IMG/VR virus record: IMGVR_UViG_3300018432_000011
Span: 1 to 41,678 of that record
From: a virus
DNA length: 41,678 nt
Strand: one strand, 5' to 3'
This document shows, in pieces, positions 38,390-41,678 of the stretch. Each line of letters begins with the position of its first letter. Position 1 is the first letter of the stretch. Below the pieces are notes generated by a model, which saw only the letters and a list, made by a program, of their open reading frames with translations, was not told the DNA's origin and did no database searches. The position numbers were made by a program, and so were the translations under genes.

Positions 38390-39240
38390 TGGGCCGGAGC
38401 CACGCGCGCATCCTCACGAGCATCTGGCAGGACGCTGAGTTCCGGGCCCTTGGCGAGGCGGAGCAGCGCATGTTCTTCCTGGCCCTCTCTCAGCCCGGCC
38501 TGTCGATGTGTGGCGTCGTGAGCTACACCCCGAAGCGCTGGGCGAAGCTCGCTGCCGGGTCGACCCCAGGAGGCGTACGCAAGGCCGTCGCCGGCCTGGC
38601 CGCGACTCGGTTCGTGGTCGTCGACGAGGACACCGAGGAGCTGCTGATCCGCACGTTCGCCAAGAACGATGGCGTGCTCCAGAGCCCCAACCTCGTCAAG
38701 GCGATGTGGAAGGCGTACGGCGACGTCGTGAGCGAACCCCTGCGGCAAGCCTTTGTCGAAGGGTTACCCGAACCCTTCCGGGAAGGGTTGCCCGAACGGT
38801 TCCGCCCGGGTTCCGGAAGGGGTTCTCCCCCGTGTGCGCAGGCGCGCGCGCCCCTTCCCCAACCCCCTCCCCAGGACCCATCCCCTTCCCCTCGCGTAGA
38901 TGACAACCCTGCTTCGTCTCGTCGCGTTGTTGAGGGCGATGGCGGAGACGACGAGACGACGGAGAAGGTCATCAGCGACGCGTTCGTGATCCTGGCCCAG
39001 CGCAACCTCGAGCGACGCAACGACGACCTCCAGCGGCGGGGCCAGGAGACGATCACGCAGCCTCGACGCCGTCGTGGCTGGATGGCGACCGACATCCGCA
39101 CGTCCGAAGAGACGCTCACCAAGGTGGCAAGGCTGTACCTCGAGGACCAGCCGCACCTCAGTGCCCAGCAGCTGGCCGAGGTCCTCGACGACCGCATCGT
39201 CGCAGCGGCCGCGGCGAGCCCGTTGGCGGGATCGGCATGA
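38389..39240 (+). CDS. Putative replication initiator / replisome-organiser-like DNA-binding protein
   Basis: ATG 38389. N-terminal 'ILTSIWQDAEFRALGEAEQRMFFLALSQPGLSMCGVV...WAKLA......VRKAVAGLAATRFVVVDEDTEELLIRTF', a Pro-rich linker encoded by the repeat cluster, and a helical C-terminal domain. The function is an inference. Confidence 0.45.
   Translation: MGRSHARILTSIWQDAEFRALGEAEQRMFFLALSQPGLSMCGVVSYTPKRWAKLAAGSTPGGVRKAVAGLAATRFVVVDEDTEELLIRTFAKNDGVLQSPNLVKAMWKAYGDVVSEPLRQAFVEGLPEPFREGLPERFRPGSGRGSPPCAQARAPLPQPPPQDPSPSPRVDDNPASSRRVVEGDGGDDETTEKVISDAFVILAQRNLERRNDDLQRRGQETITQPRRRRGWMATDIRTSEETLTKVARLYLEDQPHLSAQQLAEVLDDRIVAAAAASPLAGSA
38758..38824 (+). repeat. Iteron-like repeat cluster inside the initiator-like gene
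   Basis: 24-bp tandem units GAAGGGTTACCCGAACCCTTCCGG (38758-38781) and GAAGGGTTGCCCGAACGGTTCCGC (38782-38805), matching at 20 of 24 positions. A third GGAAGGGGTT lies at 38815-38824. Unit 1 is itself palindromic (GAAGGG..CCCTTC). Confidence 0.8.
38851..38893 (+). repeat. Strand-asymmetric pyrimidine (C/T)-rich tract
   Basis: ccccttccccaaccccctccccaggacccatccccttcccctc, preceded by alternating GC (gcgcaggcgcgcgcgc). Confidence 0.8.
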
Positions 39241-39446
39241 GCGACCTGGCCAAGCTCGGTGCGAAGTACCCGTGCTGCGGCCGGGCGTGCCGGCACGAGC
39301 TCGAGGTCGGCGTGCCGCGCCGGATCGCATGCGTCCGGTGCATCAGGCGGTTCGATGTGCTGCTCGTCGAGGGCAGCGAGCACGCGAGCGCCATGGCCGG
39401 CCGGCCGGTGGCGAAGGTCGAGTGGACGGAGGTCACGGCGGCGTGA
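39237..39446 (+). CDS. Small Cys-rich protein (69 aa)
   Basis: ATGA overlap. 'YPCCGRACRH.......CVRC'. Confidence 0.5.
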   Translation: MSDLAKLGAKYPCCGRACRHELEVGVPRRIACVRCIRRFDVLLVEGSEHASAMAGRPVAKVEWTEVTAA

Positions 39447-40147
39447 GTGTTCCCCGGGAGCTGACCCGCGCGCGGCAGCAGCTGAAGCAGATCCGCACGC
39501 TGGCCAACGAGCTGCTGAAGGCGTCCGAGCGTGACTCGTCGATCGACGTGCTCGAAGACCTAATGCGCCGCGGGGAGCACGTCGTTGCGGACGGCTACCC
39601 GACGAGCTCACTGGGCGGAGGGGTCAGTGGTGGGGGAGCCGAGTCATCGACGTCGACCGAGCGGGCGGCGCTCCGCCTCGCATCGCCGGCTGTGGACGAG
39701 GGTGAGAAGGGCGAGCCCGACGAGTGGACCGAGCAGCGCGACTTGGTGTCCGACGCGCTGCGGGAGCTCGTGCTCAACATCGACCTGGCCGCCACGACGA
39801 TGCGCGACAACGACGACGTCCGCCGGCTGATCCTGTCGGTGCACGAGCGCGTCGCCAAGCGCCAGGCGGATCTCGGCGACTGCGAGGGCTGCGGACGCAC
39901 CGTGCTGAAGAACGCCGAGGACCCGATGGTGTCGGGCTACTGCCCCGAGTGCTTCGCCGCCTGGGAGGCGAAGCACCGCCCCGAGCGGATCGAGTTCAAC
40001 CGGACTCGGGCCCTGTGCGCGGAGTGCAACCGGTCGACCGATGACTGGGAGGTGCTCGACAAGCGGAACTACCACCGCCGCGGCACGGGCCCGGGCTGTT
40101 ACTGGAAGGCGTACAACCGGACGCGCGGCGCGCGGCGCGGTGCCTGA
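39443..40147 (+). CDS. Multi-zinc-ribbon protein (234 aa), unknown function
   Basis: GTG 39443 (GTGA overlap). 'YPTSSLGGGVSGGGAESSTSTERAAL', then 'CEGCG...GYCPECF' and 'CAECN....GCYWKAY'. Confidence 0.6.
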   Translation: MSVPRELTRARQQLKQIRTLANELLKASERDSSIDVLEDLMRRGEHVVADGYPTSSLGGGVSGGGAESSTSTERAALRLASPAVDEGEKGEPDEWTEQRDLVSDALRELVLNIDLAATTMRDNDDVRRLILSVHERVAKRQADLGDCEGCGRTVLKNAEDPMVSGYCPECFAAWEAKHRPERIEFNRTRALCAECNRSTDDWEVLDKRNYHRRGTGPGCYWKAYNRTRGARRGA

Positions 40148-40149
40148 CG

Positions 40150-40677
40150 ATGGCGACTGTCGAACGCGCGCGTTTCGCCTATGCCGACCCGCCCTACGTG
40201 GGCCAGGCCAAGCGTCATTACGGCGATCACCCCGACTTCGGCGGCGAGGTCGATCACGGGGCGCTGCTGGCCGACCTGGAGAGCTTCGACGGCTGGGCCC
40301 TGTCGCTGTCCATGAAGTCCCTGCCCGCCATCGCCAAGCTCGTCCCTGACGACGTGCTCACCCTCTCGTGGGTGAAGCCGATCAGCCCCCCGATGGGTGA
40401 CCAGCGCATCTACTCCTGGGAGCCCGTCCTGCTCAAGCCGCTGCGCCGGCCAGCGGTGCCCACCCGCACCCACCTCGTTCTGAGCCCGCCGCAGTTCACC
40501 TTTCGGGCCCGCCCGGCGGAGCACGTCATCGGTGAGAAGCCTGAGGCGTTCTGTCACTGGCTGTTCGCCTGCGCTGGCCTGACGCCCGAGGACGACTTCG
40601 AGGACGTGTTCCCTGGCAGCGGTGCGGTCGGGCGCGCGTGGGACCAGTTCTGCGCTCAAGGAAGGTTGGTGGTCTAG
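40150..40677 (+). CDS. Orphan DNA methyltransferase (beta-class N6A/N4C type, DPPY)
   Basis: Motif IV 'FAYADPPYVGQ' near the N-terminus and motif I-like 'DVFPGSGAVG' near the C-terminus. No adjacent restriction gene. Confidence 0.7.
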   Translation: MATVERARFAYADPPYVGQAKRHYGDHPDFGGEVDHGALLADLESFDGWALSLSMKSLPAIAKLVPDDVLTLSWVKPISPPMGDQRIYSWEPVLLKPLRRPAVPTRTHLVLSPPQFTFRARPAEHVIGEKPEAFCHWLFACAGLTPEDDFEDVFPGSGAVGRAWDQFCAQGRLVV

Positions 40678-40845
40678 ATGGCGAACGTGGTTGTGCTCAT
40701 CGGTTGGTTCCTCGTCGGCTTCCTGGTCGTCGTCATTCCCGGCTGGCTGCACGCTCGGCGTGTGGAGCGGGAGTCCCTAGCGAGGTTCGACGCCATCGTG
40801 GAGAGCGCCAAGCTCCCGTGGCCCAAGCGATGGAGTGACGGCTGA
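40678..40845 (+). CDS. Small N-terminal-TM protein (55 aa; not in ORF track)
   Basis: ATG directly after TAG. 'VVVLIGWFLVGFLVVVIPGWL'. Confidence 0.5.
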   Translation: MANVVVLIGWFLVGFLVVVIPGWLHARRVERESLARFDAIVESAKLPWPKRWSDG

Positions 40846-40846
40846 T

Positions 40847-41065
40847 ATGGCGAGCAACGAGCACGTCCACGAGTGGCAGGCGCATGGCCTTGTTCGTGAG
40901 GGCAAGGAGCGGTGCTCGCCCTGCTCGACGTGGGACGACGTGCTCTACGACGCCGTGTACGCCGTCCAGTCCTGCGGTTGCGGCGAAGTGAAGCGCACCC
41001 ACGTCGCCAACGAGAACGTCCGCCGTCGTGGTGACGACCGGCGGCGAGCGAAGGCAGGCCGCTGA
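40847..41065 (+). CDS. Small Cys-containing protein (72 aa)
   Basis: ATG 40847, one nt after the upstream stop (the ORF track has GTG 40835). 'CSPC....CGCG'. Confidence 0.5.
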   Translation: MASNEHVHEWQAHGLVREGKERCSPCSTWDDVLYDAVYAVQSCGCGEVKRTHVANENVRRRGDDRRRAKAGR

Positions 41066-41265
41066 TGGTGACTGAACTACCCGACCGTTTCACGCCCGCA
41101 GACGCCGTGCTCAACCTGTCGGGCGACATTCTCGGCATCCTGACGAGGTACGGCGGCAAGACCATCCACGCCGGTCCCGACATGGATGCGCTCATCGAGG
41201 AACTGGTGACACTGACCCGTTCGGAGCGCACCCGTGCGTTCGTGGACAAGGCAGCGGAGGCGTAA
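41065..41265 (+). CDS. Hypothetical protein (66 aa)
   Basis: TGATG overlap. High GC3. Confidence 0.5.
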   Translation: MVTELPDRFTPADAVLNLSGDILGILTRYGGKTIHAGPDMDALIEELVTLTRSERTRAFVDKAAEA

Positions 41266-41526
41266 GTGGCGAACGTGGAGCGTGTCCAGTTCCCCATCTT
41301 CACGACCGAGATGCCCAAGGACGGGTTCGTGCCGGTGCAGGTCGATAGCGGGCTGCAAAAGACCTACCCGCCGATGGTGCGGGGTGTCCGTCGAGAGGTG
41401 GCCGAAGCCGCCTACAAGAACTACGCCCGCCGCTACGGCATGAGCCAGTCCTTCGACCGGCTGCACGAGCGGGGCGGGTTCTCCATCGGTGAGCTACTGG
41501 CTCATCTGACCGAGGAGGTCGGCTAG
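41266..41526 (+). CDS. Hypothetical protein (86 aa) with 'QSFDRLHERGGFSIGELL' block
   Basis: GTG 5 nt after GCGGAGG. I recall the block as recurring in small phage proteins of unknown function. Confidence 0.55.
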   Translation: MANVERVQFPIFTTEMPKDGFVPVQVDSGLQKTYPPMVRGVRREVAEAAYKNYARRYGMSQSFDRLHERGGFSIGELLAHLTEEVG

Positions 41527-41678
41527 GTGGCGAATGTCGAGCCGACCCATACGGGCATCCACACCTGGGCGAGCAACTGCCCCGCCTGCCCCGCCTGCCC
41601 GCCGCTCGCAAGCAGGGGCGAGGCCAGGCTGATGCGGCTGTGGCGATGGCTGTGGCAACCCGCTCCAGTGACCAAGGG
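41527..41678 (+). CDS. 5' part of the junction-spanning small Cys-rich protein (continues at 124-172 after the repeat)
   Basis: GTG 41527, directly after TAG, with GAGGAGG at 41512-41518. The frame is still open at the window end. Confidence 0.55.
   Translation, partial: MANVEPTHTGIHTWASNCPACPACPPLASRGEARLMRLWRWLWQPAPVTK
41556..41678. repeat. Terminal direct repeat, copy 2 (identical to 1-123)
   Basis: Same 123-nt string as bases 1-123. Most simply explained as a circular assembly overlap. Confidence 0.97.

Larger units (their letters stand above)
1..41678. mobile_element. Complete temperate siphovirus-type phage genome (circular permutation, unique length 41,555 bp)
   Basis: One window holds the full packaging, head, tail, lysis, lysogeny and early gene set. 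The two ends are identical over 123 bp. An integrase sits next to a tRNA-derived attP. Codons are GC3-rich throughout. Confidence 0.9.

Overview
The window is one complete, circularly closed genome of a temperate, siphovirus-type phage or prophage. Its unique length is 41,555 bp, because bases 1-123 recur exactly at 41556-41678. Codon usage is high-G+C and GC3-rich, in the style of Actinobacteria hosts.

Layout:
(i) A + strand late operon begins after a hairpin-rich gap at about 450-700. It runs through three unusual leader genes (two small beta-rich proteins and a Ser/Asp/His alpha/beta-hydrolase), an HNH endonuclease, and a probable cos/terS-binding region. It continues with terS, terL, portal, scaffold, major capsid, connector genes, major tail protein, a G/G-T chaperone pair with a G_GGA_AAA -1 slippery site, and the tape measure. 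It ends with a five-gene carbohydrate-directed host-recognition module and a lysis cassette (CHAP endolysin plus several small membrane proteins), closing at a strong hairpin at 24764-24811.
(ii) A - strand lysogeny block holds a ~12-TM Wzy/O-antigen-polymerase-like membrane protein (candidate lysogenic-conversion moron) and a tyrosine integrase. It also holds an attP core that is the 3' part of a tRNA-Lys(CUU), and an XRE repressor / ImmA-type metalloprotease / small membrane protein operon.
(iii) A + strand early operon starts with an apparently leaderless cro-like gene. It includes an excisionase-like HTH, RecT, a free-standing HNH homing endonuclease, DUF2303-like and Gp37/Gp68-like genes, and a putative initiator with internal iteron-like repeats. 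It also carries an orphan DPPY methyltransferase and many tiny Cys-pair proteins, and it wraps across the contig junction to position 447.

The most interesting items are the int-linked Wzy-like gene, a structured 116-bp element with 19-bp perfect inverted repeats (29876-29991), the iteron cluster inside the initiator gene, the esterase module ahead of HNH/cos, and the repressor-ImmA-membrane protein trio.

All family names come from motifs read by eye. No database search or computation was run.
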